From assembly GCA_050331735.1 (NCBI GenBank), contig JBHJGN010000051.1:30684-94683 (forward strand): DNA of 64,000 bases. The letters are read 5' to 3'. The stretch comes from Cyanophyceae cyanobacterium (GTDB taxonomy: Bacteria; Cyanobacteriota; Cyanobacteriia; Cyanobacteriales; JBHJGN01). The translations under genes were made by a program, and so were the position numbers. Below, piece by piece: positions 19,319 through 29,683 of this stretch. Below the pieces are notes generated by a model. That model did no database searches, was not told where the DNA came from, and was given only the letters and a program-made list of their open reading frames with translations. Within the stretch, counting starts at the first letter, position 1. Each line of letters starts with the position of its first letter.

Positions 19319-19753
19319 ATGTTTAATGGTATTACTGTCGTCGTTCTAGTTTTTACCGCTGCGTCAGCCTTTGTAACCTCGATTTCCTCTGCTCCAGATT
19401 GGATTGCTGCCTTATTTGCTGGTTTATCAGGTGTCCTTGTGGCGACGGAACCTGCTCTCGGTTGTGGTGCTCGCTGGCGTTTCCACCGAGAAATGTACTT
19501 TGCTTACGTTGCCGTCATCGATAGGCTTGAGTTTTATCAATTTATCCCTCAGACCGCACAATCTAAGTATTTGCGCGACATATTTACGGCCCTCTATGCT
19601 GTGCGCTCTCGTGAGTCAGCGATTTCCAATGCTGGGGAAAATCCGGCCTCCGTCACTCAAAAAACAAGAATTATGGGGCTTTCGCTTCAAGTGGGTATCT
19701 TCAAAAAGAAAACTAGCGTTTTTTTGCGTAATCGCCTTCTTGATTCTACTTGA
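19319..19753 (+). CDS. SLATT/DUF4231-like two-TM protein, possibly degenerate
   Basis: Two TM helices followed by ARWRFHREMY...IDRL; an upstream ATG at 19221 is out of frame. Confidence 0.45.
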   Translation: MFNGITVVVLVFTAASAFVTSISSAPDWIAALFAGLSGVLVATEPALGCGARWRFHREMYFAYVAVIDRLEFYQFIPQTAQSKYLRDIFTALYAVRSRESAISNAGENPASVTQKTRIMGLSLQVGIFKKKTSVFLRNRLLDST

Positions 19754-19866
19754 TTACCTCTCAACCGAATTTTCGGCGGCTTTGATAGAGACAGGAATCA
19801 GTAATATTCTCCTTTACCCTTTTCTCCACCTATGAACCTGTAGACTAGCTAAGAACGGTATCGTTT

Positions 19867-20409
19867 TCATTGTCGCCGACTCCGATAGGCAAAGCGTTGC
19901 GAACTGGCGTTAAACAATAGTTCCAAGTCGAAATACTGCTCCCAGTTGTGCGGGGTCATAAAGGCACAATAACGAGCGCTCATCTCCGGTGTCATTAGCT
20001 CCAGCAGAAAGCGATTTTCTACCCACACTTCAATGACCTGATAGGCAGCAGCCTGCCGCTTTGGGAAAGCAAGTCCGCGCTGGCACACTAGCGATCGCCA
20101 TCCTTCGCGTTGAGCAATAGCTATGACCTGCTGCTGATTTAAAGGAACGGAGATCGCTGCATGGACTTCACTAAAATGCGTAGAAGCGCTGGACTTGACA
20201 ACCTGAACAGGATGACTGGCAGTACCGGGAATCAATTCAGTTCCAAGGGGATACAGTTCTATACAGGTTCCTAGCTCGCTATCGCCTGGAAAAACGACGT
20301 AGCTATTTTGTGAGGAAGGAAACGGCAGCCAGCGTCCGCTCCACAGCTCGGAGAGCACTTCGGCGACGTGGCGAGGGTGACGAACAGGAATTGATAAATG
20401 GTGAATCAT
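19867..20409 (-). CDS. VOC/glyoxalase-like hypothetical protein
   Basis: MIHHLSIPV, IELYP, HAAISV, VIEVWVEN pattern. Confidence 0.65.
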   Translation of the reverse strand: MIHHLSIPVRHPRHVAEVLSELWSGRWLPFPSSQNSYVVFPGDSELGTCIELYPLGTELIPGTASHPVQVVKSSASTHFSEVHAAISVPLNQQQVIAIAQREGWRSLVCQRGLAFPKRQAAAYQVIEVWVENRFLLELMTPEMSARYCAFMTPHNWEQYFDLELLFNASSQRFAYRSRRQ

Positions 20410-20806
20410 TGAGAAGATCTTAGATGAAAAAGCGTGTAGTTAATGTTCCCAGTTGCAAGAAAATTTCTTTCAACGGAGTTAGGGCTAGGACTTATCTAAT
20501 TGATGCAAATGGAAAATTCTGCTACGCCCTCAACTCAATAGCAAGTAGACATATCAAATCGGTTTATTAAATACAAGGTATCTCGATCGAGGCAGCACAC
20601 AGAATTTTAAGCTCAAGAATGGCAGGAAGAACAGAAAAAACTGTTATGCTGGCTGTGACTATTTATAACAGAATTAACTGAGTTTGATATGAGAAGCATG
20701 CTCATAGAAGCGATCGCCTCTGATATCCGTTACTGTATAGACTAACCGCCCTTCCGCTTTTGCAGGAATAGCTATTTACTTTTAGTTAGTCACCGCTACA
20801 GATTCT

Positions 20807-22144
20807 ATGAGTGCAGCCGTAACCCCGTTTAGCCAGGACGAAGCTCTAGCTCTTATCGACACAGTCATTAAACAATCGGTAGCCGAGGGCGTATTCGTTA
20901 ACCTCAGTCAGAGTGAGGAAGCCCTCAGTCGCTTCAGTGAGAACCAAATTAGTCAAAATATCAGCAAAACTCGCTTCAGCCTGACCGTTACTAGCTATTT
21001 TGGCAAGCAGAGCGCTTCTGCTTCGACCACCGAACTCAGCGATGAGGCCACTGCCCAAACGCTGCGTCGCTCTGAGGAACTGGCCCGCTATGCTCCTGAA
21101 GATCCCGAGTGGATGCCGCTGCTCGAACCGCAGCTTTACGAAGACCGTACCCCTGCTTTTGATGAAGCGACTGCTACGCTGGCTCCTTTGAGGCGAGGAG
21201 AACTAGTGCAGCGAGTGTGTTCCCTAGGTCGTCAGGCCCAAATTGAGGGTTCCGGTACGTTAAGCACCAGTGCGTCTGTGCGGGCTGTTGGTAATTCTGT
21301 CGGGCTAAGGGCGTATCACCGGGGAACTGAAGCAGACTTTAGCTTCACTGCACGACAGGGAAACGGATCGAGCTGGAGCCAGCGCAGCGCCTGGGCGGTA
21401 GACCATTTGCCCTACGAGGAAATGGCGGCAGGGGTAATCTCCCAAGCTCTGGCCTCTCGTCACCCCCGCGAAATTCAACCCGGTATTTATCCAGTGGTCT
21501 TTGAGTCAGCAGCGTTTGCCAGTTTACTGCCCTGGGTGATCTGGAATCTCGATGCTAGGGCTGCTGATGAAGGTCGTTCTTTTATGTCTGTCATCGATCG
21601 AGGGACACCGGCAGGCAATCGTTTAGGCGAGCCGCTGTTCAGTCCCCTGGTTCAGGTCCAGCGTCATCCCGGCCATCCGCTGCTGTGCTCGAGCCGATTC
21701 TTGAGGGACGGCATGAGCAATCACCCCTTAACTATTGTTCAAGATGGCATTCCCAAAACTCTCTCCTATAGCCGCTACTGGGCAGAAAAGCAGGGCCAAC
21801 AACCAACAGGAGCGCTATATCCCATCGTCATGACAGGCTCAGAGCAAAGCATCGCCGGCTTAATTGCTCAAACAGAAAGAGGCATCCTGGTTAGTCGCGC
21901 TTGGTATGTGCGCTATGTGAATCCTCGCACCCTAGAAGTCACGGGCATGACTCGCGACGGCACTTTTTGGATCGAGGATGGACAAGTCGCTTACCCCATT
22001 AAAAATCTGCGTTTCAACCAAAGCTTACCGGAAATGCTCGGGAGTGTAGAAGCCGTCAGTACCGTTCAGCGTCACGGCAGCAGCATTGTGCCGGGAGCGA
22101 AGGTGGGAGCATTCCGGTTTAGCAGCATTACCGATAGCGTTTGA
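20807..22144 (+). CDS. TldD/PmbA family protein (TldE-like)
   Basis: RFSENQISQN, TGMTRDGTFWIEDG, NLRFNQS. Confidence 0.9.
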   Translation: MSAAVTPFSQDEALALIDTVIKQSVAEGVFVNLSQSEEALSRFSENQISQNISKTRFSLTVTSYFGKQSASASTTELSDEATAQTLRRSEELARYAPEDPEWMPLLEPQLYEDRTPAFDEATATLAPLRRGELVQRVCSLGRQAQIEGSGTLSTSASVRAVGNSVGLRAYHRGTEADFSFTARQGNGSSWSQRSAWAVDHLPYEEMAAGVISQALASRHPREIQPGIYPVVFESAAFASLLPWVIWNLDARAADEGRSFMSVIDRGTPAGNRLGEPLFSPLVQVQRHPGHPLLCSSRFLRDGMSNHPLTIVQDGIPKTLSYSRYWAEKQGQQPTGALYPIVMTGSEQSIAGLIAQTERGILVSRAWYVRYVNPRTLEVTGMTRDGTFWIEDGQVAYPIKNLRFNQSLPEMLGSVEAVSTVQRHGSSIVPGAKVGAFRFSSITDSV

Positions 22145-22876
22145 TCCGTCTAAGGTTGTTTGCCCACAGGGAAGCGCTCTAGAGTGGGGAGGCAAAGGGT
22201 AGGGGAAAAAAGGGAGAAAGGCATTTAGGCTCTACTAACCCCTACACGATGGCACGACGATTAGAGCAAATAGATTCCAGCTAGAATAGCAGCTAAAACG
22301 AGGACAGCCACTAGTATTAGGACTTCGCCAGTTGCAAAAAGCTTGATGATTTCTCTTAGCTGACCAGAAAATTGCCTTTTGGGTTTTTGGGGATCTGTCA
22401 AGGTACTTTTCCTTTTCAACTCAGGGAATGATGAGGCAGCCAGAGAAAATTTAGAGTTAAATCATTCAATGATGCCTGATGTTGGCTTGCCGAAGAGACA
22501 ATCATCAACATTATAGCTAAGGCGATCGCCTTAGAAAGAGAAACACGTTCCGTCAAGCTCCAGTGCGATTAATCATCGTCCAAATCATTCAGGAGATATC
22601 AATAGAAACAGTAACGCGCACCACTATTTCAAAGTGCATGACGGTTTCCTCCTTAAGACAACCTATCTAGAGTTACAGAGATAAACAAGCTGGCTTAATT
22701 TTCATAAACTATCTGTTCTCGTTTTTCCCTTCTCCTCAAGGAAGGAGCTTCGGAGTACACCGATTGAAATCTGCATAAAGTAGGAAGAGGTAACAGAAAG
22801 CGACTAGCTAACATAGTCCAGGAAAAGGAAATATTCGTTTCTCTTTTTTGCTGTACCGAAATCAAGAAAATTACCG

Positions 22877-23323
22877 ATGCCTGAGACAGGATTACTCGCA
22901 TTTGACCATACCTTACAAAAAACCCACATTTATCTCAACGACCTTGCCGCTCAACTCGGCATTGAGGATAAAAAAACTGTTTTTCAAGGCTTACGCGCGA
23001 CTCTTCAATGCTTGCGCGATCGCATTCCGCCAGAAGAAGCCGCTCAGTTAGGCGCACAGCTACCAGTTCTGCTCGCTGGTTTTTACTATCAGGGATGGAA
23101 ACCCGGTGCGTCCCCGTCTAAGGAGCGTTCTTTAGAAGAGTTTTTGGATAAAGTCCGCTCCGCGTTGGCCAATGACGACAATTACCCCATTAGTATCGAA
23201 GAATTAGTCAAAGGAGTCTTCACGTTTCTCGCCAATAAAGTGACTCAAGGAGAAATTGAAGACATTGCTAATATGATGCCTGAAGATCTCAAACCCTTGT
23301 GGCCAGAAGCGGTCAGATCTTAG
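22877..23323 (+). CDS. DUF2267 family protein
   Basis: LRATLQCLRDRIPPEEAAQLGAQLP. Confidence 0.85.
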   Translation: MPETGLLAFDHTLQKTHIYLNDLAAQLGIEDKKTVFQGLRATLQCLRDRIPPEEAAQLGAQLPVLLAGFYYQGWKPGASPSKERSLEEFLDKVRSALANDDNYPISIEELVKGVFTFLANKVTQGEIEDIANMMPEDLKPLWPEAVRS

Positions 23324-23465
23324 TTTGATCCCGGTGGCTAGTGCTGTGTAGCTTTAAAGATGGGGAAAAGGGTAAAGGGGAAGGGGGAAAGTAAATATTT
23401 CTCCTCGCTCATCAATGTGACCCGATTGAGTATTTTTAGCTTGCTTCAATCTCTGCGAGTAGCTT

Positions 23466-23498
23466 TTCCCTCCGAACTAATGCTTCGGAGGGAATTTT
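23466..23498. terminator. Terminator between convergent genes
   Basis: TTCCCTCCGAA/TTCGGAGGGAA stem with T tract. Confidence 0.7.
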
Positions 23499-23526
23499 GT
23501 TTTACAGACACACGGGCTGATTCGTT

Positions 23527-25782
23527 TTAGAGAGGATGCTTATTCTGGCTGTTGCTCCATTGAGAAAGCTGTTCGATCTGCCGTTTCAGGGGTACAATCT
23601 CAGGGATTTTATCGCTGTAGCGCCAACTCATGTAGGCCTGAGAAATATTGTCAATGATTTGAGCGATCGCATCTGGATAGTGCTGGCGGCAAGTTTGAGC
23701 GTATTCTAAAGGCGTTTGCGCCGGATGCTTAGGATAACCTGATCGCTGCATCTTTGTGAGCATTTGCCGATAGATTCTGGCGATCGGCGGGAGTTTAGCA
23801 AGTTGACGGCGCTCTTGCCAGTGATGGAGCCAGTTGCGTCCAAGCCAGCCGCATAAGCCGAGAACCACAAGAGCGATCGCCCCGGAGAAGAGTCCGGTAG
23901 CACTGCTGGAGAAGAACCGCCACAGCCAGAGAGCAAAGCTTACTAACTCACCGAGTTGGCGTCCCAAAACGGTCAATAGACTCGTTACCGGAGACGGGAG
24001 CCATCCGGCTACCCAGTGCCAGATCCGGCGCAGCGTACTAAACGTTTGCGATTCTTCCCAAGATGGCGGAATCAGTTCGTGTCCTGGAATCGGGTCGAAG
24101 GCAAACCAGCCGTACTGGGGAAAGTAGACTTCCGTCAACGCATAGGCATCGGTGTTGCGGACGATATAGTATCCGGTGAATGGATTGAACTGTCCAGGCG
24201 CAAAGCCGACTGCCAGTCGTGCGGGAATCCCCAGCGATCGCAACATCACCGTTAACACCGTCGAGAAATGGTCGGGGTAGCCGCCTTCGTGGCGTAAAAA
24301 GGCCGTCGCTAAATCTTCTCCTGGCTCCAGCATCGGCAGGTCTGGCTGGAGCGTGTAGTTTTGCTTGAGCGCCTGGGCGAGAAAGAGCGCTTGTTCGTAA
24401 GGAGTGTTGAGGGGACTGGGAGATTGCTCCAGTAAAGCTTCTGCCTGTTGACGGAGCTGAGAAAAAAGAGCGGGAGGGACTTGTAGATAGAATTCGGCGA
24501 TTCGATCTGAGTAGGTTTGGGAGGCTTGGTTGAGCAGAGCGCGATCGCGTTTTGGCACTTCAGAAATGACGGTGTAGGTTAATCCCTCTGGCAGGACCGC
24601 AGGCGCTCTCAAGCTTCCCTCCGGATCGAGAGCGACGGTGGGAGCCGGGAAAAACAGATGCCTTGGAGTTGCGAGAGCCGGAATCAGGTTGGGAAACTCG
24701 GAGACCGTTGTATAGGTTTGCACAATCTTGTTGGTTTTGCCGCTGGTCGGTGGTGGAGAGAGAGTGAAGCGGTACGTCCAGCTTGGACGATTAATATCAA
24801 CAAGCTGGTCTTCACGGGAGATTTCCCACCCCTGTCCGGTGTAGCGGTCAAACGCGAGTACGCGCCAGAATCCTGGGGCTTGCGAGCGAACGCGCAGCAT
24901 GGTTTTTGGCTCCATTTCCCCGCGCAGATTCTGATTGATTTGGCTGTTAAAGCCATAATAAAAAGTGGGGTCGATTTCTGCTTGAGCTTCTTGAGCGTCT
25001 CCTGCTCCCCCACCGGTTTCTGCTTCTGCCGGCCCGTAACCCGGGTTGACAATTCCCGGTTGCGGATCGATCTGGCTATCTAACTCGATGGGGCTACTGG
25101 CGGGGAAGGTCTGAATTTGATAACCCGGAAACCGGGGCATCAGCGCAAAGATCGCCAGTCCCAGCAGCACAATCATGATTAAATATCGCCCTAAACGCGG
25201 TAGTGAGCTTTGCCAGTGGATCTTCTCCCTCACCCCCAAGCGCGAGCGATAGTCAAACACCAGCGTGGGGAGAGCGATTCCTAAAAAGAGCAGGGGTAAA
25301 ACGGCAAAGCTAGAAGTTTGAGAAACCGTTCCCGCAACTCCAAGCAGAATGAGCCCAATCACCATCGAATAGCCTAAATCTTTGCGCCTCGGCAGATCGA
25401 AGCTGTGGAGAACCTGGAGCTGAATCAAGAGCTGGGCGAGCACCATCCGGGAGTCATTAAGGTTACCCAGAAGATTATCAAAGAAAATCAGCAGCACGGC
25501 CAGCATGCCAATTGCTAGTAAGAATTTCACGGCGATATTTCTCTGCCGTCGCCGATACCAGCTCCAAACTCCGCCTATGGTGCTGATCGGAATGGCCCAC
25601 CAGCTTGTGTGGGTTTGGGCTGCCCAGTCAATCGCGACAATTCCCACGACCGCTAATCCCTGCACCAGAATGCGCAGTCTGATTGAGTTCTCTACGGTAA
25701 ACGGAGTCGCCTCCCGGCGCTGCCATAATTGGAAGGATTCACTGAGCATGAGTACAGAAATAAATAAGACTTTGGCAATCAA
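23527..25782 (-). CDS. Transglutaminase-like membrane protein (DUF3488-TGase-DUF4129, TgpA-like)
   Basis: Multi-TM N-terminus; GYPDHFSTVLTVMLRSLGIPARLAVGF; WFAFDP; QTPLEYA. Start is probably further downstream. Confidence 0.9.
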   Translation of the reverse strand: MIAKVLFISVLMLSESFQLWQRREATPFTVENSIRLRILVQGLAVVGIVAIDWAAQTHTSWWAIPISTIGGVWSWYRRRQRNIAVKFLLAIGMLAVLLIFFDNLLGNLNDSRMVLAQLLIQLQVLHSFDLPRRKDLGYSMVIGLILLGVAGTVSQTSSFAVLPLLFLGIALPTLVFDYRSRLGVREKIHWQSSLPRLGRYLIMIVLLGLAIFALMPRFPGYQIQTFPASSPIELDSQIDPQPGIVNPGYGPAEAETGGGAGDAQEAQAEIDPTFYYGFNSQINQNLRGEMEPKTMLRVRSQAPGFWRVLAFDRYTGQGWEISREDQLVDINRPSWTYRFTLSPPPTSGKTNKIVQTYTTVSEFPNLIPALATPRHLFFPAPTVALDPEGSLRAPAVLPEGLTYTVISEVPKRDRALLNQASQTYSDRIAEFYLQVPPALFSQLRQQAEALLEQSPSPLNTPYEQALFLAQALKQNYTLQPDLPMLEPGEDLATAFLRHEGGYPDHFSTVLTVMLRSLGIPARLAVGFAPGQFNPFTGYYIVRNTDAYALTEVYFPQYGWFAFDPIPGHELIPPSWEESQTFSTLRRIWHWVAGWLPSPVTSLLTVLGRQLGELVSFALWLWRFFSSSATGLFSGAIALVVLGLCGWLGRNWLHHWQERRQLAKLPPIARIYRQMLTKMQRSGYPKHPAQTPLEYAQTCRQHYPDAIAQIIDNISQAYMSWRYSDKIPEIVPLKRQIEQLSQWSNSQNKHPL

Positions 25783-25986
25783 CTTTCACGGCGATTTTTG
25801 CAGCGGCCAAGTATATTCCGTGGTCAAGAACCATCAACAAAAATTTTAGGAGATGAACCTCAACCCCATTCAAGTAGAAACGACCAAAATCATTATTCCC
25901 CGCTCGCTACTAATTGTTTACTCCGCCACCAAAAAATAACTGTTAGAATTGAGAAAAATCAGATATCTCATCGCTTGACTTCGTTT

Positions 25987-26550
25987 ATGCCTTCTGTGAT
26001 TGCTGTTGAAAAGAAAAAGTTAGCTAAGCCGCCTCTCACAATTCACACATTGGGCGATCGCGTTCTCCGTCAGCCAGCTAAGCGGATCGCCAAGGTAGAC
26101 GAGGGTGTTCGCGCCTTCGTCCGCGAGATGCTACAAACGATGTATAGCTCCGACGGCATCGGCTTGGCGGCTCCTCAAGTTGCCGTCAATAAGCAGCTCA
26201 TTGTGATCGATTGCGAACCCGACAATGCAGCAAACCCGGCTTTGGTACTGATTAATCCGCAGATCAAACGCTACAGCAACGATTTGTGCAGCGCCGAAGA
26301 AGGCTGCCTGAGCATTCCTGGTGTGTACATGGACGTGATTCGTCCCCAGGCGATCGAAGTGGCCTACAAGGACGAAAACGGTAGACCGCAGAAGCTGAAA
26401 GCTACCGGGCTGCTGGCGCGAGCGATTCAACACGAAATGGATCACCTCAACGGCGTTTTGTTTGTTGATCGCGTCAACAATAGCCTCGCTCTCACAGAAG
26501 AGTTAAACAAAAAAGGATTTGCTGTGTCGGCGGTGCAGCCGATTGCCTAA
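25987..26550 (+). CDS. def: Peptide deformylase
   Basis: GIGLAAPQV, EGCLS, QHEMDHLNG; start reassigned to ATG 25987. Confidence 0.96.
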   Translation: MPSVIAVEKKKLAKPPLTIHTLGDRVLRQPAKRIAKVDEGVRAFVREMLQTMYSSDGIGLAAPQVAVNKQLIVIDCEPDNAANPALVLINPQIKRYSNDLCSAEEGCLSIPGVYMDVIRPQAIEVAYKDENGRPQKLKATGLLARAIQHEMDHLNGVLFVDRVNNSLALTEELNKKGFAVSAVQPIA

Positions 26551-26612
26551 CCGCTCTTCCTTCTTAACATAGAGGAAGAAGCTCGATCGTATTTCAAAAG
26601 GAGCGAGGAGTC

Positions 26613-26816
26613 ATGATGACCCCAAAAAGTGGTGTGTTTTTACTGGGATCCTGCGTCACGGCAATCGCCGCTGTCGGATCAGTGTTTGAACTATCTTCAG
26701 GAACACCAGATTTGGGAGGGACAACCACAGGAATTATTCTGGTCGCGAGTATTCCTCTGACGGTGGTACTCTTTGTGGCAGCGGTTAAAGATACCAGAGC
26801 TAATCAAAATCGCTAG
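26613..26816 (+). CDS. Small two-TM protein
   Basis: GAGGAG RBS; two hydrophobic helices. Confidence 0.75.
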   Translation: MMTPKSGVFLLGSCVTAIAAVGSVFELSSGTPDLGGTTTGIILVASIPLTVVLFVAAVKDTRANQNR

Positions 26817-26929
26817 GCTATTCAAAATTCGGCAGGCGAAGTTAAAGGATACGCTACGGCTCGTGCTTCTTGCCAAACGAGTTGGTTGAGCTATCAATTT
26901 CCGCTGCAAATTCCGAATTTTTGTTGTGG

Positions 26930-27562
26930 TTACCTGCCTTCCGTCTGAAGATAGGTAAGAGCATAGTGAGCGATCGCCATACTTAGACGAGCCTTATCGG
27001 CGGCAGAGAGCTCCTCCCAAGCCGTTTTTTTGAATTGGCTATCTCCTCGGATTGCCTGAGCGATTGGACGAGCTAGCAAGGTGAGGTCTTCCTCGGCCCA
27101 ATCAGCGAACAGAGGCTTCACGCATTCAACTAGTTGCTGAACGCGAGAGAAGCTAGTGCCGATGAAATCTTTAGCCCGACGCGCAATAATTTCTAGCCAG
27201 GAGACGGGCGCGTTACTAAACCGTGCAGACAAAGAGACTTCGATTTCGGCATCTACGGCTTCCCAGCACTGCTGAAGCTGCCCAAAGAAAGCTTCCGCTT
27301 GCTGGTCAATTTCCTCTGGCTCAAAACAGTCAGTCAAAGAAAATGTTTGTTCAAGGCGGCTATAGTAAGCGTCTGCTTCTGGAGCAGCAGGATTCCACGG
27401 ATAAGCGCTATCTTCGGTGGTAATCTCCGCTCTCGACTCATCGATGGTTTGACGAGCGGCCTCATCGGCAGACAAGTCTTTCCCAACGGTCTCGAACGAC
27501 ATCGACTGGAATAATTTTGCTTCTGATTCCTCACCCGGAGAACGATTTGGTTCAGCAGACAT
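26930..27562 (-). CDS. Conserved cyanobacterial hypothetical protein
   Basis: YPWNP and WAEEDL..LARP motifs seen in cyanobacterial hypotheticals. Confidence 0.7.
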   Translation of the reverse strand: MSAEPNRSPGEESEAKLFQSMSFETVGKDLSADEAARQTIDESRAEITTEDSAYPWNPAAPEADAYYSRLEQTFSLTDCFEPEEIDQQAEAFFGQLQQCWEAVDAEIEVSLSARFSNAPVSWLEIIARRAKDFIGTSFSRVQQLVECVKPLFADWAEEDLTLLARPIAQAIRGDSQFKKTAWEELSAADKARLSMAIAHYALTYLQTEGR

Positions 27563-27827
27563 AGTAAAAGATGATTTCCGTTAACTTAGATACCAATAGC
27601 TACAGCATGCTCTTTCACAATTCCGGAATCTGCATAATTTTTATTTGTTCCTTAATTTTAATCTTTTGTTAATCATTTTCGTCGGAGTCCGTTGACTTGT
27701 GACCAAAAGCGATGACAAACACTGCGCTCATTCTAACGATTTGTTTCGGAACTTCAGCATCTAATTTAGAATCTACATTAGATAGTATTGGCAGGGGGCA
27801 AACGCTGCCACTGATCCTCTGGCTTAC

Positions 27828-29480
27828 TTGAAAATGATGAAATATTGGCATCCACTGCTGGTTACTTTAGGGATTGTTGGGTCTACTGTGCTTCCCTCCT
27901 CGGCTGTAACCGCTCCGCCTCCGGGAGAGGCCTCTCAAGCTGCATTATCTTTTCGTCAAAGCTTGTCAACGGCTGAAGCGGTCGTTGAGGAAAGTCCCAA
28001 CACAGAATTCGCTCTCGATGAGATTTTAGAATCTGATTGGGAGTTACTGGCTCAAAACTCAGAAACAGCGGAGACGGAGGCGGAATCTTCAGCAGAAGAG
28101 ACAGACTCTCCCGAGGAAATAGCGCGACGAGAAAAGCTGGCAGAAGCCGATCGTCTTTATCAAGCCGGAGAGGTAGCAGAAGCAGCGCGACTATATCGAG
28201 AAGCCAAAGAACCGTTTGCTTTAGAAGCTGAAGCCGAGACAGAACAGCCAGCAGCGATTTATGAACCAGCGAACCTTCCTCCAGGGGGGGTGGTCTACTG
28301 GCGAGAGTACCAAACGGGATTAGCCGAAGAGCTAGAGAGCAAAATTTTTGCTCCGCTGAAATTGCTCGTTGAACAGCATCCAGAGTTTATTCCCGGACAT
28401 ATTCAGTATGCTCAAGCGCTGGCGGAGGCTGAACGGGAGCAAGAAGCTCAATTGGTTCTCCAGTCAGCGATCGCCCTTTATCCAGAAGAAGCCAAGCTCC
28501 TCCAGGCCAAGCTGGAAGCAGATGCCGCCTCTGAGCGCTGGTTAGAAGCTTCCTTAGCGGCCCGTCAGTTTGCTCTGTTCAACCCCGAACATGCTCAGGC
28601 GGAAGCCTTCGATCGCTTAGCCGATCAATACCTGGAAGAATACAAAAGCGACCTCCGTTCGGACATGACCTGGAACACCGTCGGTAGCGTTATTACTGGC
28701 GCTTTGAGCTATGCGCTGACGGGAAATCTGTTTGGTCCACTGTCGGCGATCGAAACCACGGCGCTGCTGCTTCAGGGGGAATCGGGCATTGGCGATCGCT
28801 ATGCGGATAGGCTTCAAGAGCAGCTACCGCTCGTCGAAGACGAAGTCGTTCTAGAGTACGTGCGCGGCATCGGCAATAAGCTAGCGAGCGTTGCGGGACG
28901 AGACGAGTTTGAGTACGAGTTTTATGTGGTGCTCGACGACCGTCTCAACGCCTTTGCTCTGCCGGGAGGGAAAATCTTTATTCACACAGGAGCGATTCAA
29001 AAAGCAGCCTCCGAAGCCGAGTTGGCCGGTCTGCTCGCTCACGAACTGGCCCACGCAGTTCTCTCTCACGGGTTTCAGCTAGTGACTCAAGGGAACTTAA
29101 CGGCGAACGTCGCTCAGTTTATTCCCTATGGCGGCACGGCGGCTAACTTGCTCGTTTTAGATTACAGTCGCGGCATGGAAAAGGAAGCCGATCTCCTCGG
29201 CACAAGAATCTTGGCGGCGGGCGGCTATGCAGCAGACGGACTGCATAACTTAATGGCAACGATGGCAGAGGAAGATCGACCAACTCCGTTTGTCTGGCTG
29301 TCTACGCACCCAGACCCAGAACGGAGAGTGGGATACCTAGAGGAGTTTATTGTCACCAACGAGTACAACCGTTACACCTACGAGGGCATCACTCGGCATC
29401 AGCAAATTCAAGACCGGGTCAGCAAGCTTTGGGATGAATACAGGGAAAGCGAAGAGTATCAGGAGAGAGAGAGACGTTGA
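27828..29480 (+). CDS. M48 family metallopeptidase with TPR-like region
   Basis: NAFALPGG, HELAH, EKEAD, LSTHP; signal peptide. Confidence 0.9.
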   Translation: MKMMKYWHPLLVTLGIVGSTVLPSSAVTAPPPGEASQAALSFRQSLSTAEAVVEESPNTEFALDEILESDWELLAQNSETAETEAESSAEETDSPEEIARREKLAEADRLYQAGEVAEAARLYREAKEPFALEAEAETEQPAAIYEPANLPPGGVVYWREYQTGLAEELESKIFAPLKLLVEQHPEFIPGHIQYAQALAEAEREQEAQLVLQSAIALYPEEAKLLQAKLEADAASERWLEASLAARQFALFNPEHAQAEAFDRLADQYLEEYKSDLRSDMTWNTVGSVITGALSYALTGNLFGPLSAIETTALLLQGESGIGDRYADRLQEQLPLVEDEVVLEYVRGIGNKLASVAGRDEFEYEFYVVLDDRLNAFALPGGKIFIHTGAIQKAASEAELAGLLAHELAHAVLSHGFQLVTQGNLTANVAQFIPYGGTAANLLVLDYSRGMEKEADLLGTRILAAGGYAADGLHNLMATMAEEDRPTPFVWLSTHPDPERRVGYLEEFIVTNEYNRYTYEGITRHQQIQDRVSKLWDEYRESEEYQERERR

Positions 29481-29641
29481 GCGCTATTGAGGCTATCTGG
29501 TATCTTCTGATTGTGGCAAAGGCGTTGGCATGAGCCAATAACGACAGTGGGTAAGCTGTGCTGCCTTAATTCAAGCCCTGCTGTAGAGCACAAATTGCGT
29601 CACAATAGAATTTGTCGTTAGTTTTCTCATCACTCTGAGTA

Positions 29642-29676
29642 GACAAACGACAACTGACGAATGACTAAGGACAAAT
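29642..29676. repeat. Heptamer short tandem repeats (STRR-like); similar arrays near 44430, 47764, 56545, 60672
   Basis: GACAAAC-GACAACT-GACGAAT-GACTAAG-GACAAAT. Confidence 0.6.
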
Positions 29677-29683
29677 AGCCCCG

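Noticed and set aside
20807..22144. TldE without adjacent TldD as a RiPP system
   Set aside because: No precursor peptide or modifying enzymes nearby; the partner may simply lie elsewhere in the genome.
22400..22640. Minus-strand ATG with strong AAGGAGG RBS at about 22640
   Set aside because: Frame stops after 16 codons; may be a decayed gene, but no family can be supported.
25798..25986. N-terminal extension of def
   Set aside because: Non-ATG start in intergenic sequence; the recognisable protein starts at 25987.
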